Shown here: piece after piece, positions 1-8,522 of the stretch | How positions within the stretch are numbered: position 1 is the stretch's first letter | Layout of the letters: the number at the start of each line of letters is the position of its first letter | Assembly (NCBI GenBank): GCA_052387015.1 | Contig: JBQTJO010000115.1 | Coordinates: forward strand, 1-34,631 | Direction: 5' to 3' | Length of the DNA stretch: 34,631 nt | From: Gemmatimonadota bacterium | GTDB taxonomy: Bacteria > Gemmatimonadota > Gemmatimonadetes > Longimicrobiales > RSA9 | Program-made: the position numbers and the translations under genes | The notes under the pieces: generated by a model | What the model saw: only the letters and a program-made list of their open reading frames with translations | Told to the model about the DNA's origin: nothing | The model's database searches: none

Positions 1-1680
1 GTGCGGGATCGCCTCGCGGAAAGCGCCGGCGCCGACCAGCGCGTTGGCATAATGCAGCCGGCTTTGCGGCTCGGTGGGGTAGCGGACCAGCAGCGTCTCG
101 GCGACGGCAAGGCGGGCGGGATCCTGCATGTGAAAGAGCCATTCGGCGCGAATGATCAGACGTTCGCGGTCGAAGGAGCTGCGCGAGAGGCGCTCCGCGC
201 GCTCGAGCAACGCCCACCTCTCGCGCTCGTCCACTGTCTTCGACAGGTAGAATGCGGCCATCGCGAACGTGCTGTCCTCTTCCAATGCCGTTCGGAAGAG
301 GCGCGATGCTGTGGGAACGTCGTTGCGGTAGTATGCGGTCAGCCCCTGTTCGTACAGGCGGTACGCCATGACCGACGACAGGGTCGCCGCATAGCGCGTG
401 ACCGGCACCTGCGAGCCGTACTCGCCGGCTGCCCACTCGGTGGCGAGATCGACCAGGTCGAAGATTTCCGTGCTCTCGATGCTGAACGCGCCGCGCGTCG
501 CGCCGGTGCGCAGATCGATGCGCCGCAGGTCGAGGCGGTATCCGCCCTGGCTCCGTCGCGCCAGCGAGCCTTCAATGATTTCCGTGGCGCCGGCGGCTGT
601 CGCGGCACCGGCGAAGTTCGCGCTGCCGCCATCGTCGAGACCGGCGCGCACCTCGGCGAGCCGCGCTTCACTCACCACCCTGATGCCGGGCACGCGCGCG
701 AAGTTGGTGCCCAGCAGCGTCGGCAAACCGGAGAGCGAATCCGAGACGCCGACCAGCTCGATGCGGCCGACCGCGAGTACGGGCAGCCGCGGCGCGCGTG
801 CGCGCGTTGCGGCGTAGCCGCCCAACCCGAGCGCGAGCAGCACGAGCGCCGTTCCGAACGCGCGTCGCCGACGCGGCAGGGCTCGCGGTCCATCGGGCGC
901 CGGCGCAGAGCCGTCGACCATTGGACGCACCGAAATCGGTGGCAGCACGGGCGCCTCGACGGTGCGGCGGCGAATGGTCGCCAGCAGCTGTTGCGTTTCC
1001 GGCGCGGGCTCCGAGTCGTACTCCGCGCGCAGCATGCGGGCGAATGCGTCGAACGCCGCGGCTGCGCCCGCGCGATCCCCGATGCGGTCGAGGATCGCCA
1101 TCAAACGCCGCAGTGCGCCTTCGTCGTCGCGCTGCATCTCGAAGGCGCGCTGCGCCCAGCGGTTGGCTTCTTCAGCTCGGCCGTTCGCCGCCGCGTCTTC
1201 GGCGAGGCCCCACGCCGCCGTGCCGGCGCGCGTGGCTAGACGCGCACGCTCGTTCTCGAGCCACTGCTCCCATTCGGGCACGCCGCTCACGTAGAACCCC
1301 GACAGCAGGGGACCCTGGTACAGCTCGAGCGCGGCGGCCGTCCGTCCCTCATCGAGCAGACGCTCGAACTCGACCGCATCGCAGTTCAATTGTGCGCGAT
1401 CGACGGCGAGCTCATCGTCGCCGCGCGTCAGCAGCGCTTCTGGCCCGATGGTCTGGCGGAGATGGTAGAGCGTGGTGCGCAATGCGGCGCGGCCGCGCTC
1501 CTGGTCGAGGTCCGGCCACAGCAATGCCAGCAGCACGTCGCGCCGGTGGTAGCCGCGCGGGCGGGCCAGTGTGAGATAGGTCAGGAGCGCGAGGCGCTTC
1601 GGTCCGGCGAGTACGGTTTGCAGGGACGCGCCGCCGTCCCGTCGCAAATCCGTGGCGCCGAGGGTCTGCAGCTGCAGCAT
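1..1680 (-). CDS. SARP/BTAD-family transcriptional regulator, membrane-anchored, partial (C-terminus lies beyond the left edge)
   Basis: Absent from the ORF track because there is no stop inside the window. My minus-strand translation from ATG 1680..1678 stays open to base 1 (560 codons). It begins MLQLQTLGATDLRRDGGASLQTVLAGPKRLALLTYLTLARPRGYHRRDVLLALLWPDLDQERGRAALRTTLYHLRQTIG, an OmpR/SARP-type winged helix. A BTAD-like helical part follows (AVEFERLLDEGRTAAALELYQGPLLSGFYVSGVPEWEQWLENERARL), then one hydrophobic segment (AFGTALVLLALGLGGYAA) and a repeat-like C-terminal region. The overlapping + ORF 1..1239 is Arg/Ala-rich antisense noise. Confidence 0.8.
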   Translation of the reverse strand, partial: MLQLQTLGATDLRRDGGASLQTVLAGPKRLALLTYLTLARPRGYHRRDVLLALLWPDLDQERGRAALRTTLYHLRQTIGPEALLTRGDDELAVDRAQLNCDAVEFERLLDEGRTAAALELYQGPLLSGFYVSGVPEWEQWLENERARLATRAGTAAWGLAEDAAANGRAEEANRWAQRAFEMQRDDEGALRRLMAILDRIGDRAGAAAAFDAFARMLRAEYDSEPAPETQQLLATIRRRTVEAPVLPPISVRPMVDGSAPAPDGPRALPRRRRAFGTALVLLALGLGGYAATRARAPRLPVLAVGRIELVGVSDSLSGLPTLLGTNFARVPGIRVVSEARLAEVRAGLDDGGSANFAGAATAAGATEIIEGSLARRSQGGYRLDLRRIDLRTGATRGAFSIESTEIFDLVDLATEWAAGEYGSQVPVTRYAATLSSVMAYRLYEQGLTAYYRNDVPTASRLFRTALEEDSTFAMAAFYLSKTVDERERWALLERAERLSRSSFDRERLIIRAEWLFHMQDPARLAVAETLLVRYPTEPQSRLHYANALVGAGAFREAIPH

Positions 1681-1730
1681 CGGAGTGGCCCGAAGCTAGT
1701 CCCGCGCGCCCCGTAATAACAAGAGTTACC

Positions 1731-2141
1731 TCAGGGCGCGGCCTTGCAGGCGAGGGTGCGCCGATCCGAATCGACACGCACTGTCACCGAAAGGGGCACG
1801 CTTCTGGTCGTGGCGAAGGGTTCCGGACACCGTCCGCTGAAATCTGCGCGCTCGATGCGGATGGTGACCGGCGGCCCGCTCGGCACCGCGCATTCCACGC
1901 GGGCCGGCGGGTCGAGGTGCAGCGAATTGCAGAAGCGCGCCGGGTTACGGGCGTCGCCGACTTTCACGAAATAGCCGCTGCCCGGCAGCCATTCGGTTTT
2001 GGCGACGCCGCTCGCCTTCGTGGCGGATTTCACCAGCACCCGCACCGTGACGACCGTGTTCGGCGACTCCGGCGAGCCCGGTGTCGCGAGCCACGCGATG
2101 CACAGCGTGGCCAGCATGCCGGACCGGAAGGGAACAGGCAT
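1731..2141 (-). CDS. small exported protein, unknown function (last gene of the exported-protein operon)
   Basis: 136-aa ORF with a hydrophobic N-terminus (MLATLCIAWLATPGSP) and normal amino-acid composition with several Cys. It lies 9 nt downstream of the preceding gene on the same strand. There is no clear SD; ATG 2117 is an alternative start. Confidence 0.5.
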   Translation of the reverse strand: MPVPFRSGMLATLCIAWLATPGSPESPNTVVTVRVLVKSATKASGVAKTEWLPGSGYFVKVGDARNPARFCNSLHLDPPARVECAVPSGPPVTIRIERADFSGRCPEPFATTRSVPLSVTVRVDSDRRTLACKAAP

Positions 2142-2150
2142 GGTCGTCGG

Positions 2151-3005
2151 TCAGTGGTAAGGGTTGGTGCCCTTGGGGCCTTCAATCACGTACTTCACGG
2201 AATGGAATGCGCGAATTCCCGGTCCGACGTTGTCTGGCTTGAGGCGAATCCTGCCGTATACATTGGAGGAGCCCTCCGCCGGACGCGTGACCCACTCCCA
2301 ATCATCATTCAGGTTGTCCGTAGCGCGCTTGACTTCGAGCGCCTTAATTCGCCAGCCGTTCTTGAGCGAGAAGCTCCTGAACATCTCGTAGACGGCGGTG
2401 CCGCATGGTGCCGGCCCTACCAGTTGAAGCGAAACTGTTGAAGTGCCGCTCCATTCCTCGGCCTTCACGTTGACGCATGGCGCCGGCGACTCGAGCTGCG
2501 CGCTGAATGCGGCGCCGTATTGCTTGGCCTTGATAGCGTCGAGGATCTGTATTTCCATGGGCGGGGCCGCCATGATAAACGAAATCGCGTTCAGTGCGCC
2601 GTTGTTGGCGAGATACGCCGACGGCTCCTTCAACGAGTTGCCGTCATCCAGGTATGCATCGATGGCGTGTGCGCCGGGGGCCACGGGCATCGTGTACTGC
2701 ACGGATGCGACCTGCTTCCCCGAGACGCTCTTCGTGCCCGAGCTCTTTATCGTGCTGCCATCGGCGATTTTGTACGGCACGTTGAGCGTCGTGCTGCACA
2801 GGTTCCGGATCTTGAACTGAACCGTCACATTCTGATTTGCCGCCGTCGTCACGGTGAAGTCGGTGAACTGGATCTTGTCACCCGTGCAAGTGCTGTAATT
2901 CGTGCTCGTGTTGAGTGTCGTGCCGCTGCGCACGACCTGGCCGTGCAGGATGCCTGGCAGCAGCAGCACTGCCGTAACCAAGTACCTCGAAAACAGCCTG
3001 TTCAT
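2151..3005 (-). CDS. secreted CARDB-like (Ig-fold) domain protein, paralogue A
   Basis: The track ORF is 2151..3164. I trimmed it to ATG 3005 (GGAG = plus-strand ctcc 3012-3015, 6 nt upstream); ATG 3011 is the alternative. Signal peptide MNRLFSRYLVTAVLLLPGILHG. The N-domain fits the CARDB pattern: NQNVTVQFKIRNLCSTTLNVPY...VQYT...PGAHAIDAYLDDGNSLKEPS..ANN. The C-domain is unrecognised and ends IEGPKGTNPYH. Confidence 0.75.
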   Translation of the reverse strand: MNRLFSRYLVTAVLLLPGILHGQVVRSGTTLNTSTNYSTCTGDKIQFTDFTVTTAANQNVTVQFKIRNLCSTTLNVPYKIADGSTIKSSGTKSVSGKQVASVQYTMPVAPGAHAIDAYLDDGNSLKEPSAYLANNGALNAISFIMAAPPMEIQILDAIKAKQYGAAFSAQLESPAPCVNVKAEEWSGTSTVSLQLVGPAPCGTAVYEMFRSFSLKNGWRIKALEVKRATDNLNDDWEWVTRPAEGSSNVYGRIRLKPDNVGPGIRAFHSVKYVIEGPKGTNPYH

Positions 3006-3019
3006 TGGCATCTCCTGTC

Positions 3020-3889
3020 TCAGAAATACGGGTTGGTGCCCTTCGGGCCTTCGATATGGATGATGACGCTCGCCGGGGCGTGCGTAGGCAATGCCGTGTT
3101 TTTTGCGCGCAGTCGAAAGCGTCCATAGGCGCTCGTTGAGCCCTCGCTCGGGCGCGTCAGCCACTCCCAGTCGGCATTGACAAAGCTTCTGCGGGTACCC
3201 GTGTCAAAATATATCGACTTGATTTTCCAGCCGTTCTTCAGCGTGAAATTCTTGAACATTTCGTAGGTACCGGCGGAACAGCCGGGCGGCCCCTCCAGAG
3301 TCGCGTATGCGCTCGATTTGGAACTGCTCGAGCTCGCACCGACAGAACGGAAAAAGCACGGCGGCACAGCTTCGGCCGTCAGGAATTGCGCGCCCGCCTG
3401 CTGCGCTTCTTCGCCAATGAGCAACCGGGTCTCCATGGGTGGCGGTGCGACCGTAAAGGAAATCGCGTCCAGTGCGCCGTTGTTGGCGAGATGCGCGGAC
3501 GGCTCCTTCAGCGTGTTGCCATGATCCAGGTATGCATCGATGGCGTGTGTACCAGGGGCCGCGGCCATCGTGTACTGCACGGCTGCGACCTGCTTGCCCG
3601 ACACACTCTTCGTGCCCGAGCTCTTCATCGTGCTGCCATCATAGATCCTGTACGGCACGTCGAGCGCCGTGCTGCACAGGTTCCGAATCTTGAACTGCAC
3701 CGTCACATTCTGATCTGCCGCCGGATTGGTCGGCGTCACGGCGAAGTCGGTGAACTGGATCTTGTCACCCGTGCACGCGGTGTGGTTCGTGCCGGACTGC
3801 AAGGTCGTGCCGCTGCGCACGACCTGCGCCTGCGCGCTCGCTTGAATCAGCAACCCTGCGCAAAGCGCACAACAGAATCGTTTCAGCAT
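3020..3889 (-). CDS. secreted CARDB-like domain protein, paralogue B
   Basis: The track ORF is 3020..3955, trimmed to ATG 3889. GGAG (plus ctcc 3895-3898) lies 5 nt upstream and overlaps the stop of the preceding gene. Signal peptide MLKRFCCALCAGLLIQASAQA. Both domains are colinear with paralogue A, and the protein ends IEGPKGTNPYF. Confidence 0.75.
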   Translation of the reverse strand: MLKRFCCALCAGLLIQASAQAQVVRSGTTLQSGTNHTACTGDKIQFTDFAVTPTNPAADQNVTVQFKIRNLCSTALDVPYRIYDGSTMKSSGTKSVSGKQVAAVQYTMAAAPGTHAIDAYLDHGNTLKEPSAHLANNGALDAISFTVAPPPMETRLLIGEEAQQAGAQFLTAEAVPPCFFRSVGASSSSSKSSAYATLEGPPGCSAGTYEMFKNFTLKNGWKIKSIYFDTGTRRSFVNADWEWLTRPSEGSTSAYGRFRLRAKNTALPTHAPASVIIHIEGPKGTNPYF

Positions 3890-3897
3890 ATTTTCTC

Positions 3898-4962
3898 CTA
3901 TTGGCAGACTGTAGGACTCATGTGTCCAGGCGCGCCGCTGCCTATGCCGACCCACACGGGACCGCTCGGGGTGACAAGAGAAAACCCGGGCACCGGGCCG
4001 CTGGCCATCACGTTCTTCACTTCCGTTTGATCGAGCGCGTTGAAGCAGGCCGCGGCCCAGCTCGCGAAGTTGTCCACGGCCACGGTCGCGCCCTCCGCGG
4101 ACGCGCCGGCGGGCAAGCGCGCCTTCACCGCCTGCGCAAGTGCGCTCGAAGACATGGACGACTTCACCTGCACCATCTGCCCGAGCTTGGATGGCTGATT
4201 GGGCGTGGGCGGCGCGACTGGACCGGGCGCGGAAGTAAACTGGGGGTACCAGTTCGGGCCGTTCACGTGCAGCGACGCGGCCCAGCGGTGCCAGCCCTGC
4301 GCGAAACCGCCGGCCAGGGCGTTGGCTGCGGCGTCGGGCACGCCCTTCGCCACCATCGCGGGCTTCAGCACCAGTTCCATGGGCGGGCCGGCCAGCACAC
4401 CGCCGCTCGCGTTAGTGAGTGCGGTCTGCACGCCCGTTATCGCGGCCTGCTGGAACCAGCTGCGTATGGCGTCGCGCGTCGCCGGCTTCGCCTTCTCGAC
4501 CCACGAATTCCAGCCTTCGATCTTCAGCGCGATCTCATTCGCGGCGTAGTTGTTTGCCCGCGCCGACGAGGATTCGTTCAACGCGTTGTTGCCGTCGAGA
4601 TATGCGTCGAACCAGTGGTTTCCTTCCGTCGCCGTCCAGCTGTATTGCACCGATGCGGCAGCGCCGCCGCCCAGGGTTTTCGTCCCGGAGCTCACGACAG
4701 TCTGTCCGTTCGCGATCGTGTAGGGCACGTTCAACGAGGCGCCGCACAGATTTTCCATGTCGATCTTCACGGTCACACTCTGCCCCGGCGCCGGATTCGA
4801 CGGCGCCACCGTGAAGCTCGTCAGCTGCACCTTGTCGCCGCTGCAGGTGCCGGCTGTCGATGTCGCCGTCGTGAACCCGCCCTTCGTCGCCCGCACCTGC
4901 GCGGTGAGCTCGTGCGTCATCAAGCCCACGATCACCAGCAACCAGCCACTTGCACGTTTCAT
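3898..4962 (-). CDS. secreted CARDB-like domain protein, paralogue C, with an unrelated C-terminal domain
   Basis: 354-aa ORF starting at ATG 4962, with GAGGAGGAG 5 nt upstream. Signal peptide MKRASGWLLVIVGLMTHELTA. The N-domain keeps the shared skeleton: C.GDK.Q.T.F.V...Q.VTV...NLC..L.VPY.I..G...SGTK...VQY...G.H..DAYLD..N.L.E.S..ANN. The C-terminal ~200 aa are Ala/Pro-rich and unrecognised. Confidence 0.75.
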   Translation of the reverse strand: MKRASGWLLVIVGLMTHELTAQVRATKGGFTTATSTAGTCSGDKVQLTSFTVAPSNPAPGQSVTVKIDMENLCGASLNVPYTIANGQTVVSSGTKTLGGGAAASVQYSWTATEGNHWFDAYLDGNNALNESSSARANNYAANEIALKIEGWNSWVEKAKPATRDAIRSWFQQAAITGVQTALTNASGGVLAGPPMELVLKPAMVAKGVPDAAANALAGGFAQGWHRWAASLHVNGPNWYPQFTSAPGPVAPPTPNQPSKLGQMVQVKSSMSSSALAQAVKARLPAGASAEGATVAVDNFASWAAACFNALDQTEVKNVMASGPVPGFSLVTPSGPVWVGIGSGAPGHMSPTVCQ

Positions 4963-4977
4963 TGAAGCTCCTCCTCG

Positions 4978-6228
4978 TTATCGGATCTGCAGCGTGCGCC
5001 ACTCACTGCGCCGCAGCTCGCGTCCCTGTGCGTCCAGCGCGAGCACGCGCCAGCGCAGCGGCTCCTGTACGTTCGCGATCGCGAACGGCGGTACTTCGTA
5101 CGTCGTGTGACCGGGATCGATCACGGCCGCGAAGAGCGGCGTCGTGCCCGCGATCTTCTCCAGCTCGAGACGGTAGAAGCCGGCACCCTGCACCGCCTGC
5201 CAGCGCATCGCCAGCGCGGAGTCGGCGCGCGCGCTCGCTTCCGCCGCGGGTGCTACGAGCCCGAGTTGCAGACGCGTCGGCCGCTCGACCTCCGCGCTCG
5301 CCGCGCTGCCGATCACGTAGCGCAGCATCGGCATCGGGAAACCGGCCACCGCGCCGGTGTGCACGATGCCTTGGCCGGCACCGGCACCGGCGAGGCTGGA
5401 ATCGCCTTCCTTGTCGTCACTCGCTTCGATGCGCAGCAGCACCATGTACTGACCGTCGATGGCGACCGGCAGGCGCGCGGGATCGGGCCCCGGCAGCGTG
5501 ACGCGGCCGGTCGGCGGCAGGAAGACGTTGAAGCGCTCCAGCTGCGTGTAGCGCTTCTGAAGCCCGCGCTCGTTCGGCGGCAGCGTCGCTTCCGTCAGCA
5601 GGTCGCTTTCGGCCGGCAGCTGCTCGCCGGGCAGCACGATCTCCCAGCGGCCGCGCAGCGTGCCCGTGCCGTTGTACTGGATTTCCGCGCGCAGCGGTGG
5701 CGGTGTCGTGCCCGCGGTGAGGAACAGCAGCGGCGCCTCCGCATCGAAACGCACATCGACGTACGTGAGCGCGAAGGGCACGCGCGCGCCGCCGCCCGCC
5801 ATGCGGCACGTCACAGCGACGTACTCGTCCGGCCCGCCCGCGGTGTTCCGAAAGCGCCGCACGTAGAAGAAGCTGGAGTTCTCGCCCTGCAGCGCGGCTT
5901 CGTACGCGCGCCGCGTCACGGTCGCGGGAATCGACATGATGTCCGTGAACACGGCGCCGTTGCTGCGCGACAGGTTGTAGCGCGCGGGCAGCCGGCCGAA
6001 GATGGTCGCGGCATCGCACTTGTTGCCGCGATCGGGAGCGGCGGGCACCAGCCGGCCACACCACACCGCTTCTACCGGCTCGAGATTCACCACTCCGCCG
6101 AAGGTCAGGAACACCGTGCTCGCGCCCTGCGAGTTGACATTGACGCCCGTGGGATTGACCCGAACCTGCGCGTCCGCTGCGAGCGGCAGCAAAACCAGAA
6201 GCAATGCTGCGTGAACCACGTTGCGCAT
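4978..6228 (-). CDS. secreted protein of unknown function, with a C-terminal FN3/Ig-like module
   Basis: 416-aa ORF starting at ATG 6228. AAGGAG lies 8 nt upstream, just downstream of the upstream gene's stop. Signal peptide MRNVVHAALLLVLLPLAADA. The C-terminal ~90 aa (LAMRWQAVQGAGFYRLELEK...LRWRVLALDAQGRELRRSEWRTLQIR) has the W..V.GA..Y / WRV.A.D pattern of small beta-sandwich modules. Confidence 0.7.
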   Translation of the reverse strand: MRNVVHAALLLVLLPLAADAQVRVNPTGVNVNSQGASTVFLTFGGVVNLEPVEAVWCGRLVPAAPDRGNKCDAATIFGRLPARYNLSRSNGAVFTDIMSIPATVTRRAYEAALQGENSSFFYVRRFRNTAGGPDEYVAVTCRMAGGGARVPFALTYVDVRFDAEAPLLFLTAGTTPPPLRAEIQYNGTGTLRGRWEIVLPGEQLPAESDLLTEATLPPNERGLQKRYTQLERFNVFLPPTGRVTLPGPDPARLPVAIDGQYMVLLRIEASDDKEGDSSLAGAGAGQGIVHTGAVAGFPMPMLRYVIGSAASAEVERPTRLQLGLVAPAAEASARADSALAMRWQAVQGAGFYRLELEKIAGTTPLFAAVIDPGHTTYEVPPFAIANVQEPLRWRVLALDAQGRELRRSEWRTLQIR

Positions 6229-6240
6229 GATGATGGCTCC

Positions 6241-8349
6241 TTAGAACACGCGGAAGTTGAAGCCCGACGACATCGTCCACGCCGCGCTCTCCTGCGGCGG
6301 CGCGACGAACGCGGGGTCGCCGAAGGAGCGCAGGTGCGCTGACTGCCGCGCGAAGCGCAGGAAGAGCTGCCCGCGCTTGCCGGACTGCTGGCTGCCGAGC
6401 AGATCGAATTGGTGCTGGAGCTCGAGACGGCCTTCGACGTTGCGGGTATCGCTCGTCATCGGCTCGTCGTACGACCGTGACAGGCTGATCGAGCCGGACA
6501 CGGCGGTGCTGGCGAACACGCGCCAGTCCCCCGTGAGCGAGTAGCGGCGCACCCGCGACAGCTGCTTCAGCTCGTGGTTCTGCTGCCGCTCGAATGCGGT
6601 CTCGATGCCGACGTCCAGTGCGCTGTGCGCGGTGACGCCGAGCGACAGCGCGTTCGCTCGTGCGCTCAGGTCCGCCGCCGTGCGCCCCTCCTGCCGGTTG
6701 TCCTGGAAGCTGCGGCTGTGCCGGAAGCCGACTCGCCAGCGGCTCGCATTCCATTGCGCGCCGTAGTCGCGCACAGTGCTGACCTGGTCGGGTACGTGCG
6801 TGGCCTGGAAGCCGGAGTTGGACGGAATGCCCGCGCCGAACTGCCTGGTGCGGTTCCACGCGATCGCGATGGTCGGCCAAAACTGCGCCGCGGTTTCGAT
6901 GCGCAGCAGCTGCGCCAGGGAGGTGTTCAGCTGCGCGGCGCGGCCGTGCGTCTTCGTGGTCAGGATGGACGCAATGTCGTCCAGGTTGTCGCGCATGCGC
7001 GTGCCCGAGACCTGCAGGTTCAGCGCATCGATGCTGCCGTTGATGTCGATCGCGCGCTGGTCCACGTCCGCCTGCGCGTACGCGCCCAGGCTGCGGTAGA
7101 GCGGATCCACGCGCTCGTGCCGCACGTTTGCGGTCAGAGATGTCGTGATGCCCAGCACGCGCGTGCCCTGCAGCAGTCCCAGGCTCAGCTCGCCGAAGCG
7201 AGCGCCTTTGCGCCGCGCCGTGCCGACGACGTTCTCGCCGGCATCCAATTGCGGATCCACACCGTCGCGGTAGCGGCTGCTGGCGTAGCCGCCGCTGAAG
7301 CGGATCCGGTCCGCGAGCGCGGATCCCGACAGCTGCACGCTCGCGCCCTCGCTCCTCTCCGCGCTGGCGACGCCGCCGGTCGAGTAGCCGGTGGAGGGCC
7401 GGACCGAGCCGTCCAGCAGTGAAACGTCCATGCGCAGACCGCCCGGACGCTGCGGCATGAATTCCACGCCCAGCTGGGCGGCGCTCAGCCGATGATCGCT
7501 GTGGTTGAGTCCGGCGATGTTGTCCCAGCCGACGATGCTGCTGCCGTTCAGCGCTGCCATGCTGAGTGAGGCGATGCCGCGCCGCAGCGAGAGCGTGAGG
7601 CCGCGGCTGCCGAAGCCGTTGATGAGGTGGCGGCTCGAGCCGAACGATGCCTGGCCGACCGTGAAAGTCGCGCCCCTGCCTTCGACACGTACGCGGTAGT
7701 CGCCGAGATCGACCTTGCTCGCGCGCCCGGCCTGCTCCGAGAAGCGCAGCGCTTCGCGGCGGTTGCTCACGCCGACGATGTTCACCTGCGTCTGCACGAT
7801 GAAATCGCCGCGCGCGTGCGTCGTCTGAAAGCCGCCAGTCGCACCGAAGTCCTGGAACGTCGCGCGCTCGGGCGCCGGCGCCGTGCCCGAGTGGTCTTCC
7901 GCCAGCTGCCCCTTGTTGTTGAAGGTCATGGCGGGAGACAGCGTCGCCTGCCGGAAGCCCGCCGGTGTCAGCACCCGGATCGGCAGGCGCGCCAGCTCCT
8001 GCCAGCCGTTCGTCGAAACCAGGAAGACCGCGACCTCCTGCTCGCCGCTCGGCAGCCGGAAAGCGCCGGCGCGAAAGCGCAGCGTGTTGCCCACCCGCTC
8101 GAACAGCGCGCTCATGTCGCTGTTGCCGATCACCACCGCGAGCCGCCCTTCCGCTGCGGCCGGCATGCGGCTCAACGTGAGCGTGACGGGCGCGCGCGTC
8201 TCCACGTACGCGTCGGCCGTGAAGCCCGCCGCCACCACGATGCTCGAATCACCCGCCTGCGCGTGCGCGCGCGACGCAGACACGCTGAGCAGTGCGAGCG
8301 CGACCGGAACGATTTTTCGGGAAAGTTTTGGACGTGCACAAGCAAACAC
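6241..8349 (-). CDS. outer-membrane beta-barrel protein, unknown family (first gene of the operon)
   Basis: 702-aa ORF starting at GTG 8349, with GAGGAG 6 nt upstream. Signal peptide KIVPVALALLSVSASRAHA. It has long stretches of alternating polar/hydrophobic residues rich in G/S/R/Q. The C-terminus is ...SSGFNFRVF, and a terminal aromatic is typical of BAM-inserted barrels. Confidence 0.7.
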   Translation of the reverse strand: MFACARPKLSRKIVPVALALLSVSASRAHAQAGDSSIVVAAGFTADAYVETRAPVTLTLSRMPAAAEGRLAVVIGNSDMSALFERVGNTLRFRAGAFRLPSGEQEVAVFLVSTNGWQELARLPIRVLTPAGFRQATLSPAMTFNNKGQLAEDHSGTAPAPERATFQDFGATGGFQTTHARGDFIVQTQVNIVGVSNRREALRFSEQAGRASKVDLGDYRVRVEGRGATFTVGQASFGSSRHLINGFGSRGLTLSLRRGIASLSMAALNGSSIVGWDNIAGLNHSDHRLSAAQLGVEFMPQRPGGLRMDVSLLDGSVRPSTGYSTGGVASAERSEGASVQLSGSALADRIRFSGGYASSRYRDGVDPQLDAGENVVGTARRKGARFGELSLGLLQGTRVLGITTSLTANVRHERVDPLYRSLGAYAQADVDQRAIDINGSIDALNLQVSGTRMRDNLDDIASILTTKTHGRAAQLNTSLAQLLRIETAAQFWPTIAIAWNRTRQFGAGIPSNSGFQATHVPDQVSTVRDYGAQWNASRWRVGFRHSRSFQDNRQEGRTAADLSARANALSLGVTAHSALDVGIETAFERQQNHELKQLSRVRRYSLTGDWRVFASTAVSGSISLSRSYDEPMTSDTRNVEGRLELQHQFDLLGSQQSGKRGQLFLRFARQSAHLRSFGDPAFVAPPQESAAWTMSSGFNFRVF

Positions 8350-8522
8350 GGACCGCTCCTCGGAAGAGTTGCGGCGCCATGTTAACCCGTGGGCGTTTCA
8401 CCGCCGTGAGTTGACCGTCACGCGTTGTGCGGGTTGGTGTTTCAGGGCTTCAAACGGCCCGTAGCACTCTGCCGGGCCACGGATCCGTGTGCTGGGCAGT
8501 CGCACCTTCTTCTGATACCAGT

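Larger units (their letters stand above)
2151..3889 (-). repeat. tandem gene duplication (paralogues A and B); most similar DNA blocks are roughly 2555-2940 and 3425-3826
   Basis: My hand alignment of the N-domains (QVVRSGTTL...PPME) gives 25 substitutions and one 3-residue indel over about 128 positions. The antisense track ORFs 2594..2785 and 3472..3693 (both begin MRRCWRD...) also mirror each other, which shows the similarity holds at DNA level. Confidence 0.8.

Noticed and set aside
1-1239. 412-aa + strand ORF at the left edge, plus the nested ORFs 339..671, 398..817, 672..893, 798..1574 and 962..1294
   Set aside because: The composition is Arg/Ala/Gly-rich and typical of off-frame reading in high-GC DNA. 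The opposite strand encodes a clean SARP/BTAD protein across the whole interval.
3901-4965. 354-aa + ORF that exactly mirrors the CARDB paralogue C gene; similar mirror ORFs at 2520..3128 and 3386..4030
   Set aside because: These are antisense shadows of genes that have signal peptides, SD sequences and a recognisable domain pattern. The shadows are Arg/His/Gly-rich with no motifs.
5107-6880. Long ORFs 5107..6342 (+) and 5417..6880 (-) crossing the secreted-protein/OM-barrel junction
   Set aside because: They are off-frame and antisense to two well-supported genes, with extreme Arg/Ala content and no start context.
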